Part shown: piece after piece, positions 11,761 through 23,330 of the stretch
Numbering within the stretch: position 1 is the stretch's first letter
Layout of the letters: each line of letters opens with the position of its first letter
Assembly: GCF_001194135.2 (NCBI RefSeq)
Contig: NC_068984.1
Coordinates: forward strand, 105,672,355 to 105,709,964
DNA from: Octopus bimaculoides
Taxonomy: Eukaryota
Direction of reading: 5' to 3'
Length of the DNA stretch: 37,610 bases
Notes under the pieces: generated by a model
Databases searched by the model: none
What the model was told of the DNA's origin: nothing
The model's input: the letters and a program-made list of their open reading frames with translations, nothing else
Translations under genes and position numbers: made by a program

Positions 11761-12754
11761 NNNNNNNNNNNNNNNNNNNNNNNNNNNNNNNNNNNNNNNN
11801 NNNNNNNNNNNNNNNNNNNNNNNNNNNNNNNNNNNNNNNNNNNNNNNNNNNNNNNNNNNNNNNNNNNNNNNNNNNNNNNNNNNNNNNNNNNNNNNNNNNN
11901 NNNNNNNNNNNNNNNNNNNNNNNNNNNNNNNNNNNNNNNNNNNNNNNNNNNNNNNNNNNNNNNNNNNNNNNNNNNNNNNNNNNNNNNNNNNNNNNNNNNN
12001 NNNNNNNNNNNNNNNNNNNNNNNNNNNNNNNNNNNNNNNNNNNNNNNNNNNNNNNNNNNNNNNNNNNNNNNNNNNNNNNNNNNNNNNNNNNNNNNNNNNN
12101 NNNNNNNNNNNNNNNNNNNNNNNNNNNNNNNNNNNNNNNNNNNNNNNNNNNNNNNNNNNNNNNNNNNNNNNNNNNNNNNNNNNNNNNNNNNNNNNNNNNN
12201 NNNNNNNNNNNNNNNNNNNNNNNNNNNNNNNNNNNNNNNNNNNNNNNNNNNNNNNNNNNNNNNNNNNNNNNNNNNNNNNNNNNNNNNNNNNNNNNNNNNN
12301 NNNNNNNNNNNNNNNNNNNNNNNNNNNNNNNNNNNNNNNNNNNNNNNNNNNNNNNNNNNNNNNNNNNNNNNNNNNNNNNNNNNNNNNNNNNNNNNNNNNN
12401 NNNNNNNNNNNNNNNNNNNNNNNNNNNNNNNNNNNNNNNNNNNNNNNNNNNNNNNNNNNNNNNNNNNNNNNNNNNNNNNNNNNNNNNNNNNNNNNNNNNN
12501 NNNNNNNNNNNNNNNNNNNNNNNNNNNNNNNNNNNNNNNNNNNNNNNNNNNNNNNNNNNNNNNNNNNNNNNNNNNNNNNNNNNNNNNNNNNNNNNNNNNN
12601 NNNNNNNNNNNNNNNNNNNNNNNNNNNNNNNNNNNNNNNNNNNNNNNNNNNNNNNNNNNNNNNNNNNNNNNNNNNNNNNNNNNNNNNNNNNNNNNNNNNN
12701 NNNNNNNNNNNNNNNNNNNNNNNNNNNNNNNNNNNNNNNNNNNNNNNNNNNNNN
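11761..12754. other. Assembly gap (largest of 8: 3734-3880, 10058-10193, 11761-12754, 18089-18265, 25019-25090, 29566-29903, 34768-35385, 36460-36736)
   Basis: Runs of N, mostly bordered by microsatellites. Confidence 1.
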
Positions 12755-12999
12755 TATATATATCATAATTCAATAAAGGAAGACAGATTCAAGTAGCAAG
12801 TTATTCCTGGTCAAAGCCAACACATATTCAGGCCGGGAGCATAACATATATACATATATATTTATTATACCATACATATTTTTCTTCATGCAATTCTATT
12901 CGAAATCAAGGTTGGATGACAGCATGCACACACATATACAGATGAATATATACAATTAAATTAAAAGACACGAGCAGATAAGATGACAGTGTTTTAAAA

Positions 13000-14400
13000 G
13001 AAAAGCCTTCAATAAATCAAATTAAATGAAAAACATCTTACGGCCGTTTCAGGGAATGTGTGAAGAGGTAGATACATCCTTTCAGCTTCGGTAATCACAT
13101 TTCCTTCATCAGAGATTCGTTGTTATAAAAGCATTTCAAATTTTTTAAAATTTTCGAATTTTAAACAGTGATGTAAAAATTGTAAAGAAGTATAAAAATT
13201 TCAAAAAATCCTGAGTGCCCAAACGTAAAATAAACTTTCATATCATATGACTACTAAAGACAGAAGAAATTGTATATTTATAGCTGTTGTAATTCATATG
13301 CACGAAAAACATCCAGAGTGAGTGAAAAGCTAGATATATATTTTTTATTTAATCAGCATATATATTTTTTATTTGATTGAAAACAGTTTAAAAGCTGAAA
13401 GAAGCTTTTGTCGGCGTCAGATCAAAACAACAGAGATCTTATAAAGTAATAATTGCTTGTCAGTTCGTAATATATTAATAGCTTCCTTTAAATATAATTT
13501 ACAGACATTTATGTGAGTATTATATGGAGTATACTCACCTGAAATTGACCATTTTAGGGAGTATGTCTTATTGCTTCCAAGCATTTCAAACATGAGCGAT
13601 CTAAATATAGATATCCCGTACGACATGGATCCTCTTGAACTCAGGCTACAATATAGATACAATAGGAGAAAGAAATAAGTATTTAAATTATAATGGTGTG
13701 GAGAGCCTTAATTTGAACAAGGAATCTTGTAAAAAAGATCACGGAAACGGGACATTATTCGGTTTACTCCATTTCCCTGTTTTCCCTAAGATGTTCTTTA
13801 AGTTAATTGAAAAGAACTTCCCCTTGGCGCATAAATACCATTCTATTTTAAATAAATCATCCTTGAAACTTGCCTGTCCCACAACGTCGAACTTAGGGTC
13901 GATTATTGATACAGAAAATAGGCTTAAACTACAGAAAATAGACTTAGACTACGAAATAAGGCTGATGGTAATGGTAGTAAAATGGGACATAGTAAAGAAA
14001 TGGATGGTTTCGAGGAAAAAAGTTGTAACTGTCGTTCCCGAAATGCCTGCCCTTTAGACAGTCAGTGCTTAGGCAATAATGTCGTGTATAAATGTGAAGT
14101 AAGCACTCTAAAAGAGCCTAAAAAGTGTATATTGGGAGTATCACGAATTTCAAAGTCAGGTATAGAGCGCATGCAAATTCATTCGTAAATAAGGAGTCAA
14201 AGAATTGAAATTCCTTGGCCATTTATATTAACAAATTAAAAAATAGCAATAGACATACTCCCTAAAAAGGTCAATTATAGGCGAGTATAATCTATATAAT
14301 ACTCACATAAAAGTCTGTAAGTTATGTTTAAAGGAAGCTATTAATATATTACGAACTGACAAGCTATTATTACTTAATAATTTATATGAAACTATGATGC
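13000..14400. mobile_element. Penelope-like element with 5' inversion (inverted 3' end with HHR, then forward linker and GIY-YIG)
   Basis: Plus strand: NSGY...FFKLIEKNFPLAHKYHSILNKSSLKLAC, CNCRSRNACPLDSQCLGNNVVYKCEV, ...VCKLCLKEAINIL. 13444-13575 (-) is a ~90% identical (by eye) inverted copy of 14245-14375 (+). Confidence 0.85.
13035..13116 (-). ncRNA. Type I hammerhead ribozyme, intact core
   Basis: Minus strand: AUCU-CUGAUGA-AGGAAAUGUG(35 nt)CACAUUCCCU-GAAA-C-GGCC-GUA/AGAU. Stem I 4 bp, stem II 10 positions with 1 mismatch, stem III 2 bp with palindromic CGGCCG. Predicted cut between 13039 and 13038. Confidence 0.8.
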
Positions 14401-15078
14401 TTATTTAAGAATATATTATCATATAAGCTAGGCGAATACCATGCGATCCCTCAATTACGATCCAGGTTAAGGCTAACCACACCGAGTTATAAGGAGTACC
14501 TAGGATTACTTAAGGTGAGCAATCCCACTGTAAATCGTCTGATGTGTAAATCTTGGGTTCGCTTCTCTGGCTTATGAATATTTTCCGAAGTCTAAATCGA
14601 AGACAACAACAATGAATACAGAGATTACGAAATGTACCTATTTAAAAAAACAATTCAGTCTTTTATACAGCATATTTTGTTTAAATATGACCAACACGTG
14701 TTTCTGCTGCCTAGAGATCTAGCAATTGCACTTGGATCCAGTTATTTTCGTCTAAGCAACTTTATTCAAGGTCTGTTCCCAGATGTGGTCCGAAGTGAAC
14801 TGAGTGTATTTTTGTGTGGCTAACTTTATTTTGCTGAGTAATTATGTACCTTTCTGTAGGTCAAAATCTAGTTTTGGTTTGAATCTGAGTTTGTGATTTT
14901 CCGATGTTTTATACAATAACAAGCTACTAAATCAAATCAAATCAAATTCTATTCAATTCAATTAAATATATATGGTATGATGAACTTATTTTTTAAGGCA
15001 GTTCGAAATCTTCTCTGTATAATCGACTTTTAGGTTATATGCAGTTTCTACGTCCTATATGCGTTGCTGTAATTTATA

Positions 15079-16962
15079 AGACAACTGGAGGTTTCTACGG
15101 GAAAACCTGCTGAGAGCCACTGACCAGATGTGTGGATGGTGCAAAGTCCCCTCTCGACCCAAAGTAACGTGGTGGTAGAACAATATGGTTGACAGGGCTA
15201 TTAGACAAAAGAAACAGGCTTGGAAGGACTGGAAGAACGGAGGTAGCAGGGAATTGTATCAGACTGCCAGAAGGGAAGCTAGGAGACAGGTTTATTTAGC
15301 CAGAAGGAAAGCAGATAAGAAAAAATTTGCCAACGTTCTGCGCCGTGAGGACCAAAGACTTGAAGTATTTCGTGTTGCAAGACAGTGTGTGAGAGAGAAT
15401 CGTGATGTAGTAGGAGAGAAATGTGTCCGCATGGATGATGGCTCACTTGCACTAAATGAGGCTGCAAAGAGAGAGGTTTGGAGACGCCACTATGAAAGGT
15501 TGTTCAATAAAGAGAATGAATGGGAGAAAGAGAGTCTGCCGAATGTCGACCCAACAGAGGGACCAGCTATCCTAATTGACAGTACCTTGGTAGATAAAGC
15601 TAGCAAGAGTATGAAAACAGGGAAAGCCCCCGACCCATCAGGAATCACTGCAGAGATGCTCAAAATATCTGGCAGTGTCGGCCATAGCCTAGTCATCCGT
15701 ATAGTTAATCAGGCGATACACGAAGGAGTCATACCCAATGACTGGTGTAGCAGCACCATAGTCAACTGCTACAAAGGTAAAGGTGACGCTTTAGACACAA
15801 ACAATTACAGAGGTATCAAGTTGTTGGACCAGGTAATGAAGGTCACGGAGAGGGTCATAGCCCAACTAATTAGGAAGGGAGTAAGCTTAGATGCGATACA
15901 GTGAAGAATTCCGGGTAGGGGTCCACCAAAGTTCAGGCCTCAGCCCCCTCATATTTATCATAGTCCTCCAGGCAATAACATAGGAATTTAAGACTGGTTG
16001 CCACTGGGAGCTCCTCTATGCTTATGACCTTGCACTAATTGCCGAGTCACTATCAGAACTAGAGGAGAAGTTTCAGGTGTGGAAGCAAGGATTAGAATTG
16101 AAGGGCCTTAGAGTCAACCTAGCTAAAACCAAAGTCCTAATAAGTAGAAAAGTAGACAAACCACAAACCCCTTCAGATAGATGGCCCTGCTCGATCTGTA
16201 GAAAAGGCGTAGGTAGAAATTATAAGATGTTCCCAGTATAAGCTATGGGCACATAAGAGGTGCAGCAATATCAAAGGAAGGCTAACTAGCAAGATAGTTT
16301 TTGTATGTGACAGATGCTCAGGAGCAACAAACACTGAACATGTGCAGAGAACAACTTCTGCCACATTCCAGGGAGAAAAACTAGAAGTAGTTGATAGCTC
16401 CCATTACCTAAGTGACCAAGTCAGTAGTGGGGGAGGGTGCGCTGAAAGTGTAGCTGCTAGAATAAGAATAGCCTGGGCAAAGTTTAGAGAGCTCTTACCT
16501 CTGCTGGTGACAAAGGGCCTCTTGCTCAGAGTAAAAGGCAGATTGTATGACGCATATGTACGAACAACCATGCTACATGGCAGTGAAACATGGGCCGTGA
16601 CTGCTGAGGACATGCATAAGCTCGCAATGAATGAAGCCAGTATGCTCCGATGGATGTGTAATGTCAGTGTGCATACTCGATAGAGTGTAAGTACTTTGAG
16701 AGAAAAATTGAACCTAAGAAGCATCGGTTGTGGTGTGCAAGAGAGACGATTGCGCTGGTATGGTCATTTGGCGAGAATGGATGAGGATAGCTGTGTGAAA
16801 AAGTGCCACAGCCTAGCGGTTGAGGGTACCTGTGGAAGAGGTAGACCCAAGAAGACCTGGGATGGGGTGATGAAGCACGACCTTCGAACATTAGGCCTCA
16901 CCAAGGCAATGACTAATGACCGAGACCTTTGGAAATATGCTGTGCGTGAGACGACCCGGTAA
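15079..16962 (+). pseudogene. RTE reverse transcriptase pseudogene
   Basis: Stops and frameshifts; the YADD catalytic motif reads YAYD (tatgcttatgac, ~16017-16028); an internal deletion after GVSLDAIQ (~15900) removes the D..KAFD region. Confidence 0.9.
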
Positions 16963-17623
16963 GACAAGTGAGACCATAACCCATGGCCTTTACCAGGGAT
17001 GTAGCCAGCACACTTATGCGTACCTTTCCTTCTTTGGACACAAAACTCTGCTTGCGAAGACCTGTTGAGGCAAGTGAAATCAAAATCGAAATCGAACCAA
17101 ATTCGATGACTGGCACCCATGCCAACCTTCCTTCATTAGACACTAAACTCAGCTTGCGATGACCTGTTGGAGCAAGTGAGATCGAAACTGAACCAAATTC
17201 GATGACTGGCACCCGTGCCAGTGGAGCACTAACAGCACCATCCGAGCGGGATCACTTCCAGAGCAGCGGTCTCACTTCCGTGCCGGTGGCATGTAAAACG
17301 CACCAATTGTGCACGATAGTTTCCAGCTTCGCCTTACTGGCACTTGTGCCGGTGGCATGTGAACAAAACACTGGACTGACTCCTGTGCAGGTGGCACGTA
17401 AAAAACACCATCTGAGCGTGGCCGTTGCCAGTACCGCCGGACCGGCCTCGTGCACCCACTGCACTCTCTGAGTGGTTGGCGTTAGGAAGGGCATCCAGCT
17501 GTAGAAACTTTGCCAGATCAGATTGGAGTCTGGTGTAGTCATCTGGTTCGCCAGTCCCCAGTCAAATCGTCCAGCCCATGCTAACATGGAAAGCGGACGT
17601 TAAATGATGATGATGATGATGAT
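15079..17623 (+). mobile_element. 5'-truncated RTE-clade LINE with 3' UTR and (GAT)n tail
   Basis: KTGKAPDPSG, YKGKGDALDTNNYRGIKLL, ..GVHQ..LSP, RRLRWYGHLARMDE, GRGRPKKTW, and a (gat)n tail at 17604-17623. Confidence 0.95.
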
Positions 17624-17834
17624 AGTTTATTTTAATGAGAATATCGATTGCTATTTGAAAGTTAAACTTGGTCTTACCCTGATATTTACCCAGTAAACTA
17701 AGGCACTTCCTATTTGCGTGGAGGATAGTAACTTATACATCACTTGCATAAAAGTATTAAAAAGTCCTTTGTGGGTGTGAGATGGGGCATGTGCTGTCTA
17801 TTTGTCCCATAATTATATGTTAATTTTTAGCGCC

Positions 17835-17903
17835 CTTGCTGATGAAGAACACGGATAACAAACTATTTTATTTGTTCAGTAATGTTCGAAACCTAGGTAC
17901 ATG
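17835..17903 (+). ncRNA. Type I hammerhead ribozyme-like motif (weak stem I)
   Basis: CUUG-CUGAUGA-A-GAACA(...AACAAA/UUUGUU...)UGUUC-GAAA-C-CUAG-GUA/CAUG. Palindromic CCUAGG cap, one extra A after the core, and a U-U mismatch in stem I. Confidence 0.6.
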
Positions 17904-18325
17904 TGGTACCTATTGAAAATGATTTTATTTTTCATCCCCTTCGAAATTACTCTTAACCGTGGTTTGGACTTTGACTATTCATTTTAGCATGTAAAACATT
18001 TTGCCAGTGTCACTTCTTTCGTATATAAATGCACACTAATTTTATATGAATATGTTTCCATTGACTATTTATGTATTCTCGCCATTGGNNNNNNNNNNNN
18101 NNNNNNNNNNNNNNNNNNNNNNNNNNNNNNNNNNNNNNNNNNNNNNNNNNNNNNNNNNNNNNNNNNNNNNNNNNNNNNNNNNNNNNNNNNNNNNNNNNNN
18201 NNNNNNNNNNNNNNNNNNNNNNNNNNNNNNNNNNNNNNNNNNNNNNNNNNNNNNNNNNNNNNNNNATATCTTTATATATATATATGTACTTTATTATTGT
18301 TAAAACTGCAAAAATACCACAAAAT

Positions 18326-18363
18326 CTGCTACTCAGAGTTTCACGTTCCCGTTCGTCGGACAG
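18326..18363 (-). ncRNA. Minimal type I hammerhead ribozyme, U4C core
   Basis: Minus strand: CUGU-CCGACGA-ACG-GGAA-CGU-GAAA-C-UCUGA-GUA/GCAG, followed by an AAUAAA ~35 nt downstream (18290-18295). Confidence 0.75.
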
Positions 18364-18728
18364 TTTAGTTTGACAATGGAACAAAATAAAGTTTGTATGT
18401 ATAAAATATACAATTTACATTGACAATTATACATTTGAAATTGATTTCTTTTCATTGGTCCTTTTGACTAACGGTTTTTTTCTTTCAATGATGATAAGTT
18501 TAAAACCGTATTATGTGAGATTGAAGAAAACCTTAGATCAAAAATCAAAATTTCAAAAATGACTGTAGAAACAAAAAAACGTATATATCCAGAATAAATT
18601 ACTTAATGATAAAATAAGTTTAATTAAAACTAAATAACTGTAAATCTGCATTATAATAATATTCACTTAAATCAAACAGCCTAAAAATAAACACACAGTA
18701 CTTATACATAGACACATTAAAATCATAA

Positions 18729-18967
18729 AGGCGGCGAGCTGGCAGAAACGTTAGCACGCTGGGCGAAATACTTAGCGGCATTTCGGTTGCCGCTACGTTC
18801 TAAGTTCAAATTCTGCGAGGTCGACTTTGACTTTGCCTTTCATCCTTTCGGGGGTCGATTAAATAAGTACCAGTTACGCACTGGGGTCGATATAATCGAC
18901 TTAATCCGTTTGTCTGTCCTTGTTTGTCCCCTCTGTGTTTAGCCCCTTGTGGGTAGTAAAGAAATAA
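18729..18967 (+). mobile_element. SINE family A, near full length
   Basis: ggcggcgagctggcagaaacgttagcacg...gttcaaattctgcgaggtcgacttt...gtaccagttacgcactggggtcga...gtgggtagtaaagaaat tail. Confidence 0.9.
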
Positions 18968-19404
18968 CACACTAAAAACATAAACATAAACGTATATACG
19001 TACGTACACTAAGCGTACAAACGCTAATAGATAAGTAAATACACAAGCAATTTTGATTTTTGATTTATGGTTTTCTTCGATCTTACATAATGCGGTTTTA
19101 AACCTATCATAATCGATTAGAAAAACAACAGTAACATCTTCTTCTATGGGTCAGCCACATTTTGTTGGCAAATATATTTTGCGATTCCGTACTGTTGCTG
19201 TCTAATTCTCGCTCATTTTGCGATTCCATACTGTTACTGTTTACTTCTCTTTTTTCGAGACCAGCGACAAACTGTAGCTGAAAAAAGAATATAGTATTTT
19301 TCGAGTGGAATTATTGAATTGTTGAATATTGTGTTGCATTGTAAAATTGTTGAAGATTTTGTTTGGCTTCCCCATTTATAGGTGAAGCGGTAAATAACGG
19401 AAGT

Positions 19405-19900
19405 ATGAGTTCACAGGTCCAGACGGGCAGTTATACTGCGGTGACGGGCAGAAGCCTGACATCCGAGCTACTGTAGGTGCGAGAACTAGAAGTAAAAGAC
19501 AGACAACAAGAAATTTGATAACCTGTTGAAGAAGGAAGGAGGCTGCCTTAGACTGACACCCACCGAAAAAGGAGCAGAGAAATCGGAAAGAATAACAATT
19601 ACTTATCGACAAGAAATAGCAGACGTCGAAGAAATAGAAGAATGTTTAAAGAACGTAAAGGAAGTAACGACATTCTATAACAGAGGAAGAAAATTTGGCA
19701 CGGTGGAGGTGCGCTTCGTTAATGAGAACGAAGCAAAGAAGTACTCCATCGTAGCCTTGAAATCGGCACAGTGGGCTCTCTTACCAACTTACTGTGGCAG
19801 ACGTGCAGCCAGAGTAAGGATAGGGAGAGTGCCACCCGAAATTAACCGGAGCCTTCAACAAGTAAGGAAGAGGAGGGACGGAAGGAACTGAGAGACGAGC
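19405..19900 (+). pseudogene. Probable L1/Tx1-type ORF1 fragment (RRM-like)
   Basis: MSSQVQTGSYTAV start with stops and a frameshift, then ...TFYNRGRKFGTVEVRFVNENEAKKY...RRAARVRIGRVPPEI, which has RRM-like beta-strand patterning. Family call is inference. Confidence 0.55.
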
Positions 19901-20639
19901 AACAAAGCGAAATATAAATGCCAGCACTAACGACAGAAAAGGAATAGGGAATATTACCCAAAGGAAAACATGAAAGACTGATAGTGATGTACGAGAAAAG
20001 TGTTGAAATAGAAAAACGAACTGCAAAACGAAAGGCGTAATAAGAGTGAGATTGGCTGATAGGGAGGAGAATAAACACCTGAAAGCAGTGTTGCTAGATG
20101 ACGAAAGACTGACAGAGGTAGATATTCGGAAGCAGAGTGGACAATACACCATGTCGAGTTCGATACGATGAATTACCACCAGTGGTAAATTTTGCAGATC
20201 TAAATATTTGTTTTTAGGTAAACACGACACAGACTGAATTATAAAAACAGTAAAATGGAACTTTCTACGTTGTGGGGTAGAAAAACCATTTCATCATCAG
20301 AATTCTTCACACCTCATAATTCATCTGCAAACCATTCTATGTACCCCACTCAGCATTATCAACAGCCATCCAACAGCCGGAAGTGAGTGATCTCTTGTCA
20401 TTGTTTAGACATCTCCCGAGAAAGCAAACTCTCATGTAGCCCTTAAGACTTCGTTTGCTCCCAATGATGTAGACTCGTTCTTCTTTTAGTGTGAATGCAT
20501 GCCTTGTGTAGCAAGTGGTACTGGCTGTGTGTAATGCCTTTTCGAATTTTAAAATGCTTTAGTCAGAGGAATCGCTTGATTTTAAGCATCTCTACTAACA
20601 TCTGTATTGTGTTGCTTACTATTGCTGGCCATGAACGAA

Positions 20640-20770
20640 ATAGGCAAACACTTAATGCAATATTTTATGATGGAATGAAGACACGTGTCAGCGTGGATGG
20701 CAAACTCTCTGAAAACCTGCAGCATGAGGCACCCATCGTTACTCGTCTGTGCTCAAGGGTAAGTTTCTAG
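20640..20770 (+). pseudogene. Short decayed LINE RT fragment
   Basis: FYDGMKTRVSVDGKLSENL resembles the segment just before GVxQG in non-LTR RTs. Confidence 0.4.
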
Positions 20771-22320
20771 CTGGACTGAAAAGTCGCATCCGTGTTGCTT
20801 ATGTTTAAGAGAACAATCAAGCGATGGTATTATTCCAAGTCGAGTTATAACAATCACATAGGTATACACATATGTATGCATGTATGTACGTATTTATGCA
20901 CATATGTATGCATGTATGTCTATGGATATGTATGGAAGCAAGCATTTGTGCATGTATATAAAATGCTGGTCGTTAAATTGTTGCAAAAAATGCATTGTAG
21001 TATATCTTCGGTTACTTCATTCTAGTTTCAAATCCCCCACGAGCTCAACTCGGCTTTCATCAAAATAAAATACCATATGGTCGATGCAATCGACTAAATC
21101 CTTTCTCTCTAGCTCATTATCTATGTGCCTAAATTAGAAAACATATGAGATGCTGAAATATAATTTCTTACGATGAATGGTAAAATATCTCTCACTGGAA
21201 TGTAAGGAGTACTCAGAAACAGTATTTCGATTATATTAAAACATGCAACTGGGGTGACCTATTCAGGATCATCGTAGCCAATCCAGTATGAGAAGCCCCC
21301 ATAGAAAACGTGGGGTAAACATCGAATACTGCTCTTTTTCTTACCGCGGCCATTGGATACCCTATACTCCACTTGCTCTGAACGGCCACCTCAGGCACCG
21401 GCATCCTCTACATCCATCAAGAAGAAGAGTCTTAGTCACTCGCTATAGATTGACTACTCGGACACGAGATAATGCCGACGACTACGGTAGGAAGACATTA
21501 CATTATCAGTTCTACCACGCATCAGTTTCAGTCTCAACATTAATGGAAACGCCAAGGTCATAAAGGAACCATGATCAAGAGTTAATCACAAACTGATGAC
21601 TAATGTGGTTCAAATCTTAAAAACCCCAGTGAAGGTATATCGACTGGTGACCGAATGAACGAGTATTGTCTCGTATGTTATCGTAAATAGACCGGGTTGT
21701 AAATGAGGTTAGAAAAGAGTTCAAATTACAGAACTTTTCAAGAATTATTTCTTAATGAAGGTTCTTGTATGTTTTTGGAACTACCAGTATTTTTAATTGA
21801 GAAACAGATGAGTATTGGGACTATTACTTTGATACTAGCTCTATTTTAATATGTATGATTGAATTACTATTTTAGTATGTTTGCTGATCTCAATATGAAA
21901 CGTAATTATTTTTTTCAATTTTTATTCAATTCTTTTGGTAAAGCTTTTGCGTCGCAAAATATTCTACATGATTTTTAGAAATCTTATTTCAGAATTATAT
22001 TTATTCATACTTATAAATTGAATTTCAGATATTTATGTTAGCAATTTCTCAAAGTTTAGTTGTCTTCAACGTTTTCGATGACGCTCAGTTTCACCACTAG
22101 GTGTGTTCATCTGTATACATACAAATACATGCGTGCATCATACTCACGTACACACACACGCACATGCGCATACATATGAATAGTATACTCAGTATGAGTA
22201 ATGAGTGATAGAATGAATATATTTTTCTACATTATATTATTCTATATAATGATTATATCTAGTCAGAATCTTACCATCGCTTCTAGCCACTATATCTGAA
22301 TAGTTATAGGTCATGATCTG

Positions 22321-22347
22321 TAACACACACACACACACATGCATGCG

Positions 22348-22430
<83 letters not shown>

Positions 22431-22455
22431 ATATATATATATATATGTATATATA
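22321..22455. repeat. (CA)/(TC)n/(TA)n microsatellite
   Basis: Direct. Confidence 0.95.
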
Positions 22456-23129
22456 TTAGTGAAGGATGGAGTACCTGGTATAATATTTATTACATGGTTT
22501 ACAATTGTTTCAACAACGTGTTGGTGACAAATTATACATGCATGTAGACATGAAAGAGATCAATCATATAGTTATGTCTATTATGTAACGTATACACTAT
22601 AATAAACTCTACATCCATTTAATCATAACCGAACGAAAGAATATAATATAAATACAAGCAAATTATTTCATTTAAACCATGAAATAAATGTAATATCAAC
22701 CACTATATTCTTCACTTATTTTTCGAGATAGAAGTAAACCTTCCGATTTCTCTGTTTCTCTTATGTTTCTACTTGAGAAAGTCTCTTTTATATGATTTCA
22801 GATAGCCGCCGCTAGAGGGGTAAACTTCTGATAAAAATTTTTGAATCCTATATATACATTTACTATGAGACACAGATGGTGATAAATTCAGTAATCTCTA
22901 TCTTGACAAATTCTTGGCTTAAAGTAATTATTTATTGAAGTGAAAAACGAAATTTTATTTAAAATAATATTGTAAATTATGGCATAAATTAAATTGTTAT
23001 ACCACGAGCCTTTAATTCCTTGATGGAGATGTAGCGGCGCCGTTGTGACGTGGAGCGTGTCATGGGTACATCTTTTTAGACATGGTGGAACCCGTCCTTC
23101 TCCATAGATCACAGCCAATTTCTTTCAGA

Positions 23130-23130
<1 letters not shown>

Positions 23131-23180
<50 letters not shown>
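23131..23180. repeat. (AG)n microsatellite
   Basis: Direct. Confidence 0.95.
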
Positions 23181-23183
<3 letters not shown>

Positions 23184-23189
23184 GTGGGT

Positions 23190-23330
23190 GAATTATTGAA
23201 CCCCAGCGTATCACTGGTACTTTACTTATCGAGGCAGGGTTGGCTGGGGGGTGGGGATGGATTTGAAATCAGCGTGCTGAGAGCCGAAACAATTACCACA
23301 AAGCAATCTATCCGACATTCTGACAATTCC
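23190..23330 (-). mobile_element. Degenerate SINE family A
   Basis: ccccagcgtatcactggtactttacttatcga...gatttgaaatcag...attctgacaattc is a diverged reverse copy of family A. Confidence 0.55.

Noticed and set aside
11510-12796. 381-418 aa ORFs, and similar ones at 34506-35475, 29325-30137, 36430-36813, 9901-10412 and 18010-18384
   Set aside because: They consist of N-gap X residues plus microsatellite translations (YIYI, CVCV, THTH); not genes.
21288-21700. Possible decayed RTE 3' end (RL.LLGH-like after a frameshift)
   Set aside because: The similarity needs assumed indels and is too weak to annotate.
22060-22115. Minus-strand cagatga..acc-tagt-ggt-gaaac..gtc
   Set aside because: Core is mutated, there is a 4-nt insertion before stem II, and there is no stem I.
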